A stretch of DNA of 64,000 nucleotides from an uncultured Gemmatimonadales bacterium. Lineage in GTDB: Bacteria > Gemmatimonadota > Gemmatimonadetes > Palauibacterales > Palauibacteraceae. The stretch is from assembly GCA_947259585.1 (NCBI GenBank), contig CAMYMV010000002.1:3925-67924 (forward strand). Reading direction: 5' to 3'. Of the stretch, positions 19,748-28,899 are shown one piece after another (the stretch's first letter is position 1; each line of letters opens with the position of its first letter). A program made the position numbers and the translations under genes. The notes under the pieces were generated by a model. It did no database searches. It saw only the letters and a program-made list of their open reading frames with translations, and was not told where the DNA came from.

Positions 19748-20698
19748 ATGCTCCAGCATTACGACGAGAGAAACCGTGATCTGATCGTGAACGTGAACGG
19801 CCGTCTGCTGCACCGGGACGAAGCGGGGATCAGCCCCTTCGACAGCGCGGTGCAGGGAGGGGACGCCGTGTGGGAAGGCCTGAGGCTGTACGAGGGCCGG
19901 ATCTTCAAGCTGAAGGAACACCTGGACCGGCTTCGCGCATCCGCCGCAGCCCTCGCCTTCGAGGGGGTGCCGACTCCCGAAGAAATCATGAGCGAGATCC
20001 GACGCACCCTCGAGGCGAACGGCATGATGGATGGTGTCCACATCCGGCTGACGCTGTCGCGCGGCCAGAAGATCACGTCGGGCATGGACCCGCGGCTCAA
20101 CCGCTCCGGCCCGACGCTCATCGTCCTGGCCGAGCACAAGCCGCCGGTCTACGAGCGGGACGGGATCCGCCTCGTCACGAGCTCGATCCGTCGCCCGCCG
20201 CCCGACGTTCTGGATCCGAGGATCCATCACGCCAACCTGATCCCCTCCATCCTGGCCAAGATCGAGGCCAACCGGGCTGGAGCGGACGACGCGCTGATGC
20301 TCGACATGCAGGGCTTCATCGCGGAGACGAACGCCACCCACGTCTTCGTCGTCCAGGCCGGGCGGGTGACCACGGGGACGACCCGGGCGTGCCCCGAGGG
20401 AATCACGCGGGCCACGGTGCTGGAGTTGTGCGAGAGGAACGGGATCCCCGTCGAAGTTCGGGAGCTCTCCACGACGGATGCCTACAGGGCGGATGAGATG
20501 TTCTGCACCGGCACGATGGGAGAGCTGGCTGCCGTGATCGAGCTGGACGGTCGGGCGATCGGTACGGGAGAGGTAGGGCCCCTTACCCTGCGGCTCAGCG
20601 AGCTGTATGCCGCCGAGACGGCGTCGGGCGGAACCCCGATCTTGGAGGCGTCGGGCGGAACCCCGATCTTGGAGGCGCCGGAGACCTCGGACGACTAG
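19748..20698 (+). CDS. Class IV aminotransferase (branched-chain/D-amino-acid-like)
   Basis: GDAVWEGLR, HLDRL, PEGITR and EMFCTGTMGE motifs. Confidence 0.9.
   Translation: MLQHYDERNRDLIVNVNGRLLHRDEAGISPFDSAVQGGDAVWEGLRLYEGRIFKLKEHLDRLRASAAALAFEGVPTPEEIMSEIRRTLEANGMMDGVHIRLTLSRGQKITSGMDPRLNRSGPTLIVLAEHKPPVYERDGIRLVTSSIRRPPPDVLDPRIHHANLIPSILAKIEANRAGADDALMLDMQGFIAETNATHVFVVQAGRVTTGTTRACPEGITRATVLELCERNGIPVEVRELSTTDAYRADEMFCTGTMGELAAVIELDGRAIGTGEVGPLTLRLSELYAAETASGGTPILEASGGTPILEAPETSDD
20620..20677 (+). repeat. Perfect 27-bp tandem duplication (ASGGTPILE x2)
   Basis: gcgtcgggcggaaccccgatcttggag at 20621-20647 and 20648-20674. Confidence 0.97.
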
Positions 20699-20732
20699 GC
20701 CCCTCGCTGCCCACCGGAGTCCCGAGACGGTA

Positions 20733-22424
20733 CTAGCGACCGCGTGTCGGGCCGGGATCCGCGACGGGGAGCGAGTCTGCGGGCGGAGTGGTGGCCTCCT
20801 CGGGCGCCAGCGAGTCCACGGCTGCCAGCGAATCGGCGTACAGCCGCTTCGCGCGATTCAGGAGCGCCTGGGCCTCCAAGGCAGGCACACCGAGGTTGGA
20901 CCCGCCGAACTCTCGCATCACGGCCACGTTGAGCGCCTGCACGAGGCCGTCTCCATCGAGCACCGGACCTCCGCTGCTTCCGCGAGTGGTCTCGGCATCG
21001 TAGACCACCGCGGTTGAGCTGGACTGACCGACGATTCCCTTGGTAGCCAACGGCGCGATGTGCCCCGCTTCAGACAGGCGGTGGGCGACCGACCAGAAGT
21101 CGCGATCCGAATCGCTCATGATCGAGTCCACGAACGCCGGATCGGTTCGCGCCAGGAGCGCCTGGATGCCCGTCGGATAGCTGAGGACGACGACCTCCTC
21201 ACCGGGCGCCACGAGCGAATCGCTCAACTCCAGGGGTCCGACGCCTTCCACGAGAGGACTGCAGCACAGCACGGCCAGGTCCACATCGCCCGCGTCCAGC
21301 ACCGGATGTAGCTCGAACGGTTCCGAGATACCCGGGAGGTAGCCGATGAAGCGACTCATCCGGGGAAGCCAGCCCTCGCTCAGGAGAGCTCGCGCCGTCT
21401 GATCGAAGTTCCAGGGGACGGCGAGATGCCGGTTGGTGAGGAGCAGGCCTTCCTCGGAGGCCACGAAGGCGGTTCCGGTGAACTGGCGCTGAAACTCGGG
21501 CCCCTGGCCATCTACGCCCAGGAGCAGACCACCGGGAGCGCGCACGGAAGCCCCGTTCGGCGAGAGGGCGATTCTCAGCAGCCGTCCGCTCTCGGCCTCG
21601 GCAAAGCCGTACGCGCCTTGCAGGAGGACGATGGAGCGAGTCGCATCGGAGATGATCCTCCGGGCATCGAGGCTCCGCTCCTCCAGCGCCTCGAGCCGTT
21701 CGGCGAGCTGCGCCTCGAGATCCAGGCGGATCCGCTCGAGCTCCTGCTCGGTGAGTGAGTTCTTCTCGCTCTGCTCCAACAGGGCGCTGATCTCCTGAAG
21801 CATGGAGGCGTCCGCCTCGACTCGGCGGCGCAGCGCCCAGCCCTGGAGCGCCAGCGCCAGGATGGAGGCGGTCAGCGCGATCAGCACGACGGCGGCGACG
21901 GCCCGGGAGGCCGGACCCGTTTGGGTGAGGATCTCGCGCGGCAAGCCCGAGAAGAGAATGGCCAGGCGGCCGAACCAGCCGGCCCCGCTCCGCCGCGCGC
22001 AGTCCACGCAATCGCCGAGCGCCTCCGGAATCGTCTTGTAGGGTCGGTCGGGACCGCGATGGAGACGGAAGCGAAGGAAGGGGCCGTTCTCGCCGATCTC
22101 GAGGAGGTCACCCGTGGCGAGCTGGGTCTGCGCCACCCGCTCGCCGTTCACTCGGACGATCTCGCCGGGCGCCGAGACGATCTGGTACGACGATTCTTCC
22201 AGGCGAAGCTCGGCGTGGTGCTCGGCGACCGCCGGCTCGCGGTCGGCGGGGAAGTGGATCTCGGATTGGATCCCGGTGCCGATTCGAATCCGTGGGCCGC
22301 TCGAGACCTGCGTCGTCCCTCTGAGTGGGCCCGAGAGGTGGACGATGACCGACCTGACGAAAGGGGCCTCGGCGGCTCTCTCCTCGGGGTCCTGCGGCTC
22401 GGCGTGGCCGCGGAGCTCCGTCAT
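20733..22424 (-). CDS. FHA domain - TM - coiled coil - trypsin-like serine protease
   Basis: N-terminal FHA-like region (HHAEL, VNG, GDLLEIG); triad motifs LTNRH, DLAVL and GSSGGP; GGAG RBS before ATG 22424. Confidence 0.85.
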   Translation of the reverse strand: MTELRGHAEPQDPEERAAEAPFVRSVIVHLSGPLRGTTQVSSGPRIRIGTGIQSEIHFPADREPAVAEHHAELRLEESSYQIVSAPGEIVRVNGERVAQTQLATGDLLEIGENGPFLRFRLHRGPDRPYKTIPEALGDCVDCARRSGAGWFGRLAILFSGLPREILTQTGPASRAVAAVVLIALTASILALALQGWALRRRVEADASMLQEISALLEQSEKNSLTEQELERIRLDLEAQLAERLEALEERSLDARRIISDATRSIVLLQGAYGFAEAESGRLLRIALSPNGASVRAPGGLLLGVDGQGPEFQRQFTGTAFVASEEGLLLTNRHLAVPWNFDQTARALLSEGWLPRMSRFIGYLPGISEPFELHPVLDAGDVDLAVLCCSPLVEGVGPLELSDSLVAPGEEVVVLSYPTGIQALLARTDPAFVDSIMSDSDRDFWSVAHRLSEAGHIAPLATKGIVGQSSSTAVVYDAETTRGSSGGPVLDGDGLVQALNVAVMREFGGSNLGVPALEAQALLNRAKRLYADSLAAVDSLAPEEATTPPADSLPVADPGPTRGR

Positions 22425-22513
22425 CGGCGTCTCCGTTAAGGGATGAATCCGCCGGGAAGTTGGGTGCCGAGGGCAGTGGAGGGAAGTACGGCCCGGCTCG
22501 GCCGGGCCGGCGA

Positions 22514-23842
22514 TCAGCGCTCCAGCTCGAGGATCCTCCCTGAGGAATCCACGGAGAAAACGGGCTCTCGGGACAGATCGGCGCCCACCCGGATGGAGCG
22601 TTTGGGACCGATGCGCAGCGCGAGACTCAACGAGTAGCCGTCGGCGGCCGACGCGTCCACGGTGTAGCCCGCATCTGCGAGGGACGCCGCGGAGACGGAT
22701 GAGAGCGGGTTCGACGAGCCGACGTTGAGCCACCCTGTCATGAGCTCCGATTCGAACACCGATTCGCGCCAGTGGCCGTCCTGCGTGCCTGAGCCGCCCG
22801 TGTTCTCCACGGGGACGGGGGTGCCCGCATAGGCTCCGCCTCCGATGCCGTCGAAGGCGCCGATGGCCTCGCTGCCGGTGAAGTACGGGTCCGCGGATCC
22901 CGCGTCCGTGATGAGCCCCAGGCTTTCCCAGAGCGTGCCGAAGCCGAGGACGTGTCCCATCTCGTGGAGGACGAGCGCCTCGAGGACCCCGAGGTCTTGG
23001 GCCGCACTCAGATCGTCCTCGTCCAGCGTCAGCTGGCCGGTGATCGGAATCATGCTGCCCATCCGGATAAAGCAGGGCCCCGCCTGGCCCAACGCACCGC
23101 CGGCCCCATCGATCGGCTCCACCTTCACGAAGATGATGAGATCATCGATCGTTTCGTCGACCGCCCCGTGGCAGCTGCCTCCGTCGTAGTCGAAAGCGAC
23201 GTTCGGGAGGTCGCCCGTGATGATCTCCTCCCACCGCGCCGCCGCGGCCAGGAAGGCCGGGGCGTAGCTCGGCGTTCCGCCCACGAAGCGGAGCTCGATG
23301 TCGAACCCCGGAGAGGGAGGAGGAGGAGGAGGCGGCGGCGGCGGAGGAGGCGGGGGAGCTTCGACGGCCACGCTGACGCTGGCAGCAGCGGTAGCCCCGT
23401 TCGAATCGGTGGCCTGCAGGGTAACTGTGTGGTTGCCGACGGAGAGATCATCGCGCGTAAGAGAGCCCCCCGTTCCCAACGCTCCGTCCCGGTTGGATGA
23501 CCATTCGAGGGACGAGCCGGGCACCGCGCCATCCTCAGGGTCGGTCGCGCTTCCCTCGAAGATGACCTCTGTCCCTTCCGCAAAGCTGGTCCCCGGTTCC
23601 GGCGTCGAGATCGACGGTACGGGTGCTTCGTTGGGCGCCGGTGGCGGCGCGGGCGGAGGGGACGGCGGTGGCGAGGGCGGCTGCACGTTCCCGCCTGGTT
23701 GAGACCCTCCCGGCTGCGTGGGGCCGTTCTGGCATGCGGAGGTCGCCGCGGCGAACACGATGCAAAGCGCCGCTGCCAGAGCACGTCCGATCGGTCCGAG
23801 GTCCAACGGACGCCGCGAGTCGCGGCCGGTTCGGGTCTCCAA
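22514..23842 (-). CDS. Lipoprotein with PKD/Ig-like domain and leishmanolysin-like (M8) metallopeptidase domain
   Basis: Lipobox-like ATSAC; ATDPEDG domain; HEMGHVLGFG...HWRE...ELMTG; GGAGG before TTG. Confidence 0.87.
   Translation of the reverse strand: METRTGRDSRRPLDLGPIGRALAAALCIVFAAATSACQNGPTQPGGSQPGGNVQPPSPPPSPPPAPPPAPNEAPVPSISTPEPGTSFAEGTEVIFEGSATDPEDGAVPGSSLEWSSNRDGALGTGGSLTRDDLSVGNHTVTLQATDSNGATAAASVSVAVEAPPPPPPPPPPPPPPSPGFDIELRFVGGTPSYAPAFLAAAARWEEIITGDLPNVAFDYDGGSCHGAVDETIDDLIIFVKVEPIDGAGGALGQAGPCFIRMGSMIPITGQLTLDEDDLSAAQDLGVLEALVLHEMGHVLGFGTLWESLGLITDAGSADPYFTGSEAIGAFDGIGGGAYAGTPVPVENTGGSGTQDGHWRESVFESELMTGWLNVGSSNPLSSVSAASLADAGYTVDASAADGYSLSLALRIGPKRSIRVGADLSREPVFSVDSSGRILELER
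23315..23356 (-). repeat. Trinucleotide run encoding 14 consecutive prolines
   Basis: (AGG)n/(CGG)n on the plus strand; interdomain linker. Confidence 0.9.
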
Positions 23843-24043
23843 GGTCGCCTCCGAGAAGTCTCCAAGTGCCTACGGATTGCTGCGCGCCGCATTGTTGTGC
23901 AAACGGGTTGCCGTCACCCGGACCCTCGGGCCTCAAGATGTATCGAAGGCCTAGTTCCTTACGTGATATCGTATTACGCGGTCCTCACGTCGGCGGGGGG
24001 TAGAACGAGGGGCCGGCATCTTGCCGGCCGTCATGCAGAAATG

Positions 24044-24820
24044 TCAGACTTCTTCGCGATCGACCACGTAGATGTTTCGTTGTGCGGTAGGCAACAACAT
24101 GAGGTCGAAGACGTTGACGTGCTCCGGCGCGTTGATGACGTAGTGGATCGCATCGGCGACATCTTCGGCCAGAAGCGGCTGAAATCCTCGGTAGATCGCG
24201 TCCGCCTGCTCACGATCGCCACCGAACCGTACGAGCGAGAACTCCGTGTGCACGAAACCCGGGTCCACGCTCGAGACTCGGATCGGCGTGCCGGCCACGT
24301 CCAGGTTCATTCCTTCCGTGAGGGCTCGGACGGCGAACTTGGTCGCGTTGTACACGTTGCCCCGCGGGTAGACCTGGTGGCCCGCCGTGCTCCCGATGTT
24401 GACGATGTGGCCGCGACCGAGCTTGATCATTCGCGGCAGGAACGCGCGGCTCACGTGAAGCAGGCCCTTCACGTTCGTGTCGATCATCCGATCCCAGTCC
24501 TCCGGATCTCCCTCCTGAAGCGGCGCGAGGCCGCTCGCGAGACCGGCGTTATTGATGAGGACGTCCGGGACGAGCGCCGCCTCCTTCATCTCCGCAGCCT
24601 CCACCTCGACGGCCTCCCTATCCCGCACATCCACGCCGGCTATCCGGGTCTCGAGTGCCGCATCATTGCGGAGCTCCTCCGCCAGGGCGACGAGTCGATC
24701 CTTCCGCCGGGCCCACAGGACCAGGTTCGCGCCCTCGGCCGCGCAACGCCGCGCGCAGGCCTCGCCGATACCGGCGGAGGCGCCCGTGATCAGGATCAGC
24801 CTGCCTCGGATTCGGTTCAT
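24044..24820 (-). CDS. NADP-dependent short-chain dehydrogenase (YdfG-like)
   Basis: TGASAGIG, NNAG and YNATK motifs. Confidence 0.93.
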   Translation of the reverse strand: MNRIRGRLILITGASAGIGEACARRCAAEGANLVLWARRKDRLVALAEELRNDAALETRIAGVDVRDREAVEVEAAEMKEAALVPDVLINNAGLASGLAPLQEGDPEDWDRMIDTNVKGLLHVSRAFLPRMIKLGRGHIVNIGSTAGHQVYPRGNVYNATKFAVRALTEGMNLDVAGTPIRVSSVDPGFVHTEFSLVRFGGDREQADAIYRGFQPLLAEDVADAIHYVINAPEHVNVFDLMLLPTAQRNIYVVDREEV

Positions 24821-24882
24821 AACTTTCGGTGCCTCGGCTCAGACGTACGCTTCGATGGATTTCCCCGACTCGCTGCCATACT

Positions 24883-25746
24883 ATGGGAGGCCGAAATCGC
24901 TCGCGAGCGGATCTCGAAGAGGGGAGGCAGGCCATCCGGATCATCCACGAGTTCGATCCCTTCCTCTGGCAGATATCCGGCAACTTCGGGATCCGCTGGT
25001 ACGCGCTTCCCTACATCATCGGCTTCGTGCTGGCGTACCTCTTCCTCAAGCGAGTCGCGCGGCGAGGGGAGGTCGAGAACCTTACCGATGAGACGCTCGA
25101 CACGTACATCGTGTACCTGTTCGCGGGCGTGCTCCTCGGTGCCCGCTTCTTCCACGTCTTCGTGTTCGAGTTCTCCAACTACGGCCTTGACCCGCTTCGC
25201 TGGATCGCGGTCTGGAAAGGCGGCCTCTCCTTCCACGGAGGACTCGCGGGCGGCATGGTGGGGACCTACCTGTTCTCCCGCCGGTACGGCGTTTCGTTCT
25301 ACGCGCTCGTGGACCGGGTGATCATCGTAGCGGCCTTCGCGCTCGGACTCGGCCGCATCGGCAACTTCATCAACGGCGAGATGCCGGGAACGCCGTACGA
25401 CGGAGCCTTTTGCGTGGACTACTCGCAGAACCGGCACATGGCCAACCCGCCCCAGGAGTGTCGCCACCCGACACAGCTGTACGAGATGGTCAAGAACTGG
25501 TTCATCATGGGTGTGCTCTACCTCGAGTACCGCTACCTGAAGCCGAGGCCCGGCGTCATCTTCTGGACATTCGTGACCCTCTATGGCCTGATCAGGTTCT
25601 TCCTCATGTTCGTCCGCGACGAGGTTCGGGTCTTCGGCGGACTCACCCTGTCTCAGATCTTCTCCGCCCTGATGGCGATCACCGGTGCGGCGGTGCTCTT
25701 CTGGCTCACCAGCCGAGGCAGCGGGGAGCGGGCGCCGACGGGGTAA
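24883..25746 (+). CDS. lgt: Prolipoprotein diacylglyceryl transferase
   Basis: IRWY, LGAR, GGLSFHGG, GRIGNFINGE and HPTQLYE motifs. Start uncertain. Confidence 0.93.
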   Translation: MGGRNRSRADLEEGRQAIRIIHEFDPFLWQISGNFGIRWYALPYIIGFVLAYLFLKRVARRGEVENLTDETLDTYIVYLFAGVLLGARFFHVFVFEFSNYGLDPLRWIAVWKGGLSFHGGLAGGMVGTYLFSRRYGVSFYALVDRVIIVAAFALGLGRIGNFINGEMPGTPYDGAFCVDYSQNRHMANPPQECRHPTQLYEMVKNWFIMGVLYLEYRYLKPRPGVIFWTFVTLYGLIRFFLMFVRDEVRVFGGLTLSQIFSALMAITGAAVLFWLTSRGSGERAPTG

Positions 25747-26052
25747 ACCGAGCCAAAACGCCCCAAACGCTTTCAGGGCATGGCGTTGCACAGTCGCTCA
25801 GGCCCACGGGCCGCGTGCGCTCGCAGATTGCTTGGCCGATCGCGCTAATTGCCTTCCAGGACCGTATACCCCACCGCTGCGCCACAGCCCAGGTGCGGAG
25901 CGTACGACGGCCCTCTGCCTGGAGATGGCCTCTCCCACGGAATCCGCCCGCGGAGCGGCGCGAAGCATGCCATATGGCAACGGAGAACTGGAGATGATGA
26001 CGGGGTCGAGACGCAGCATTCCGGAGGGGAGACCGGAGACGGGGGGAGGTAG

Positions 26053-26769
26053 ATGCGAAAAGCGCGAAGCACCTGGCCTGCGATCTTGCGCCGTGGGGCG
26101 TCCGGCCCCGCGGGATGGCTCGGCTTCGCTCTGGTCGCCCTTCTGCTGATCCCTTCCATTCTCCCCAGCTGGGAACCTGGCTGGCGCAGGCTGGAGCTTG
26201 CTGCGCCCGATCCGCCGCCCACGCTCCTCATCATCGAGCCACCGCTGCTGGCCAAGCTTCAGACGCTTGCCGCGGGCCTGCGGGCCGAGATCGCGCTTTG
26301 TCTTTTCGGCTCTGTACAGGGTGACACCGCACGCCTCGACGACTTCCACATGCCGGAACCGACCCTCTCGACGGCCAACAAGTCGCTCGTTCGGCCCTGT
26401 CCGGAGAGGACGCTGGCCGTCTGGCACAACCACCCGCTCGACGGCACGTCCGGCTATTCGCTGAGGGGGACCTGGCGTACGAGCCAGCCGGCGCGGCAGG
26501 CGCACCGACTGTGCGTGCTGTCCAAGACGGACATTCAGACTTCGGTTCGGTTCAAGCATCCCTTCGTGATCATCGGCGTCGACCGCGACACCTGGTGTTG
26601 GTGGACCCGAGAGGAGGTCGAGCGCCTGGCCGAGAGCGGCGTCTGGCCGGGCCTTCCGGCTCCGGAGAGGCTGGTCACCCGGGATGGGGTGCCGTCATCG
26701 GAGGGACCGCTGGCCGGCCAGGGCGTGAGAAGAGGGAAGAACGGGCACAGCCTCGGCGCGCCTCAGTAA
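26053..26769 (+). CDS. Membrane-anchored/exported hypothetical protein with JAB/MPN-like metal motif
   Basis: GGAGGT RBS; hydrophobic N-terminal segment; E(IALCL)...WHNHP...LSKTD. Confidence 0.65.
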   Translation: MRKARSTWPAILRRGASGPAGWLGFALVALLLIPSILPSWEPGWRRLELAAPDPPPTLLIIEPPLLAKLQTLAAGLRAEIALCLFGSVQGDTARLDDFHMPEPTLSTANKSLVRPCPERTLAVWHNHPLDGTSGYSLRGTWRTSQPARQAHRLCVLSKTDIQTSVRFKHPFVIIGVDRDTWCWWTREEVERLAESGVWPGLPAPERLVTRDGVPSSEGPLAGQGVRRGKNGHSLGAPQ

Positions 26770-26840
26770 CCGCGAACGCCCCCGCTCGACCGGCTCGGGG
26801 CGTTCTTGCCTTTCCGGGCCACAAGCCCGAGCCTTTCCAG

Positions 26841-27611
26841 ATGAGCCGGCCACTCATAGCCGCCAACTGGAAGATGCACCTCGGACGCGCGGAGGAGGCC
26901 CTCGGTCTCGTGCGTCGGATCCGGCACCCCCTGGGCAGGATCGACGGCGTGGAGGTCGTGGTGTGTCCGCCCTTCACGGTTCTGCCTCTCCTGGCCGAGG
27001 TGCTGGGGCCGTCGCCGATCGCGCTCGGTGCCCAGAACATGCACTGGGCGGAACGGGGCGCTCATACGGGGGAAGTCTCACCGAGCATGCTGGCCGGGCT
27101 CTGCCAGTACGTGATTCTCGGACACTCGGAGCGTCGCGCCACCGGCGGCTCGACGGAGGACGACGCCGCCATCAACCGGAAGCTGAAGGCCGCCTTCGGC
27201 GTCGGCCTGATTCCGATCGTCTGTGTCGGCGAGAGCGGCGAGCAGCGCGAGGCGGGCGCGACCGATGACGTCGTGCGATCCCAGGTCTCCCTCGCGCTGG
27301 CCGGGCTCGAGCCCGACCAGGCCCGCCGCTGCGTTATCGCTTACGAGCCGGTCTGGGCGATAGGCAGCGGCCGGCCCGCCACAGCAGCGGAGGCGAATCG
27401 CATCATCGCGTTGAGCGTCCGGGGGGCGGTGGCCGAGGGGTTCGGCGAGGAGGTGGCGCAAGCGGCGAGGGTCCTCTACGGCGGAAGCGTGCTTCCGGAC
27501 AACATCGCGGCCTTCACGGCCATGCCCGACATCGACGGAGCCCTGGTGGGCGGAGCCAGCCTCGGTCCCGAGTTCGTGGAGCTGGTGCTACGCGTTTCCG
27601 CCGAACGCTGA
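26841..27611 (+). CDS. tpiA: Triosephosphate isomerase
   Basis: AANWKM, GHSERR, AYEPVWAIG, YGGSV and LVGGASL motifs. Confidence 0.96.
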   Translation: MSRPLIAANWKMHLGRAEEALGLVRRIRHPLGRIDGVEVVVCPPFTVLPLLAEVLGPSPIALGAQNMHWAERGAHTGEVSPSMLAGLCQYVILGHSERRATGGSTEDDAAINRKLKAAFGVGLIPIVCVGESGEQREAGATDDVVRSQVSLALAGLEPDQARRCVIAYEPVWAIGSGRPATAAEANRIIALSVRGAVAEGFGEEVAQAARVLYGGSVLPDNIAAFTAMPDIDGALVGGASLGPEFVELVLRVSAER

Positions 27612-27628
27612 CGGCCCGGTAGGCGGCT

Positions 27629-28273
27629 TCAGGTCGAAGGCGCGCAGAGGACCGTCTCGAACGATAGATACGCGATGCGCCCGAGCGGCCCCCCCTCGTA
27701 GTCCGCATCGATACGGGCGTCGAGGATCCTGAAGAGACCGGATCCTACGGGCATCGCCGACAGCGTATGTCGGGCTCTTTCGATCCGATCCGCCGCTCGA
27801 TCGCCAGGCCACAGCAGGACATTCACGGCGGCAGCCATCGTTTCGTAGTCTTCATCGTTCAAGACGAACGAGAAAGACCGCTCGCTCATCTTCACGGCCG
27901 CTTCCGCCGATATCCCATAACCGGTGTCAATGTAGCGAGCGTTGGAGAAACGATATGGAGGCGTCGCGACCCAGGAGTATTCTTTCTGCCGCGTATCGGC
28001 GCTGCGTACCTCGATCGTCCAGCCGGGTGGATTGGGCGGGCTCTCGGGGGTGGGAGCGAGCCGGAAGAGGAGGTTCGGTGCGAACCGCGCCTCGAATCGC
28101 TCTCCGGCGACGACCTGGCCAGCCAGCTTGACCGTGTCGCAGGTCGCGGGCAATCGCTCCTGCGTCGTGGCCATGTCAGGCGCGGCCAGGCCCGCCACTA
28201 CAACGAGCAGGGCAGCAAAGTGGAGAGCCGAGGCCTCCTGCTTCGAGCCGAGGCGCCGGGCGTGGCGTATCAC
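27629..28273 (-). CDS. Exported hypothetical protein
   Basis: Signal-peptide-like N-terminus; GTGA overlap with the BMC-P stop. Confidence 0.65.
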   Translation of the reverse strand: MIRHARRLGSKQEASALHFAALLVVVAGLAAPDMATTQERLPATCDTVKLAGQVVAGERFEARFAPNLLFRLAPTPESPPNPPGWTIEVRSADTRQKEYSWVATPPYRFSNARYIDTGYGISAEAAVKMSERSFSFVLNDEDYETMAAAVNVLLWPGDRAADRIERARHTLSAMPVGSGLFRILDARIDADYEGGPLGRIAYLSFETVLCAPST

Positions 28274-28542
28274 TCTGCCAGAGTCACCTCGTCGACCACG
28301 CCGACGATGACCGCGCGTACTGCGCCCGGATCCAGGTCCAGGATCTGACGTGCGCCATTCCCTTCGTCGATCACCAGGACCGTGTCGCCGGGACCGGCCT
28401 GAGCCACGTCCACAGCGATGTCGTAGTCCCCGCTCTCCCGGCCGTCAAGGTCGAGCTGATCGACGAGCAACAGCCGTCGGCTCTGGAGGTGGGAGATCTT
28501 GATCGTAGAGACGACGGACCCCGCCACGCGGCCGATATACAT
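28270..28542 (-). CDS. BMC pentamer (EutN/CcmL family)
   Basis: MYIGRVAGSVVSTIK...AVD..QAGPGD...IVGVVD. Confidence 0.95.
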   Translation of the reverse strand: MYIGRVAGSVVSTIKISHLQSRRLLLVDQLDLDGRESGDYDIAVDVAQAGPGDTVLVIDEGNGARQILDLDPGAVRAVIVGVVDEVTLAE

Positions 28543-28544
28543 GG

Positions 28545-28865
28545 TCAGGCGTCCTCCGCCACGCGGTGCCAGGTAGCGGTCGGTCCGGGGGCGTCCCCCG
28601 CGGTGTCGACTTCATCCACGAGTCCCGTGATCGCCAGGTCCACCGGTACGAACACCTCCGGGAGCGCCTGGGCGCCCTCGCGACTGGCCACCATGAACAC
28701 CAGGTGGCCGGGACCCGCCTGGGCGGTGGCATCGGCGGCCACCTGGGGCTCGCCCACAGGACTCAGCTCACGGTCCAGCGGCTGAACGACGAGGAGCTTG
28801 ATGCCCGCGAGCCCCTCGTACTTTCGGGTCGCCACGACCGTACCGATCACGCGCCCGAACTTCAC
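28545..28865 (-). CDS. BMC pentamer (EutN/CcmL family)
   Basis: GRVIGTVVATRK...VAAD...PVDLAITGLVD. Confidence 0.95.
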   Translation of the reverse strand: MKFGRVIGTVVATRKYEGLAGIKLLVVQPLDRELSPVGEPQVAADATAQAGPGHLVFMVASREGAQALPEVFVPVDLAITGLVDEVDTAGDAPGPTATWHRVAEDA

Positions 28866-28899
28866 CGCGCTCTCCCCGGCACGCCCTCGAGAGGTCGCC

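Noticed and set aside
23699-25321. 540-aa plus-strand ORF
   Set aside because: Antisense to the SDR gene and out of frame with lgt; no motifs.
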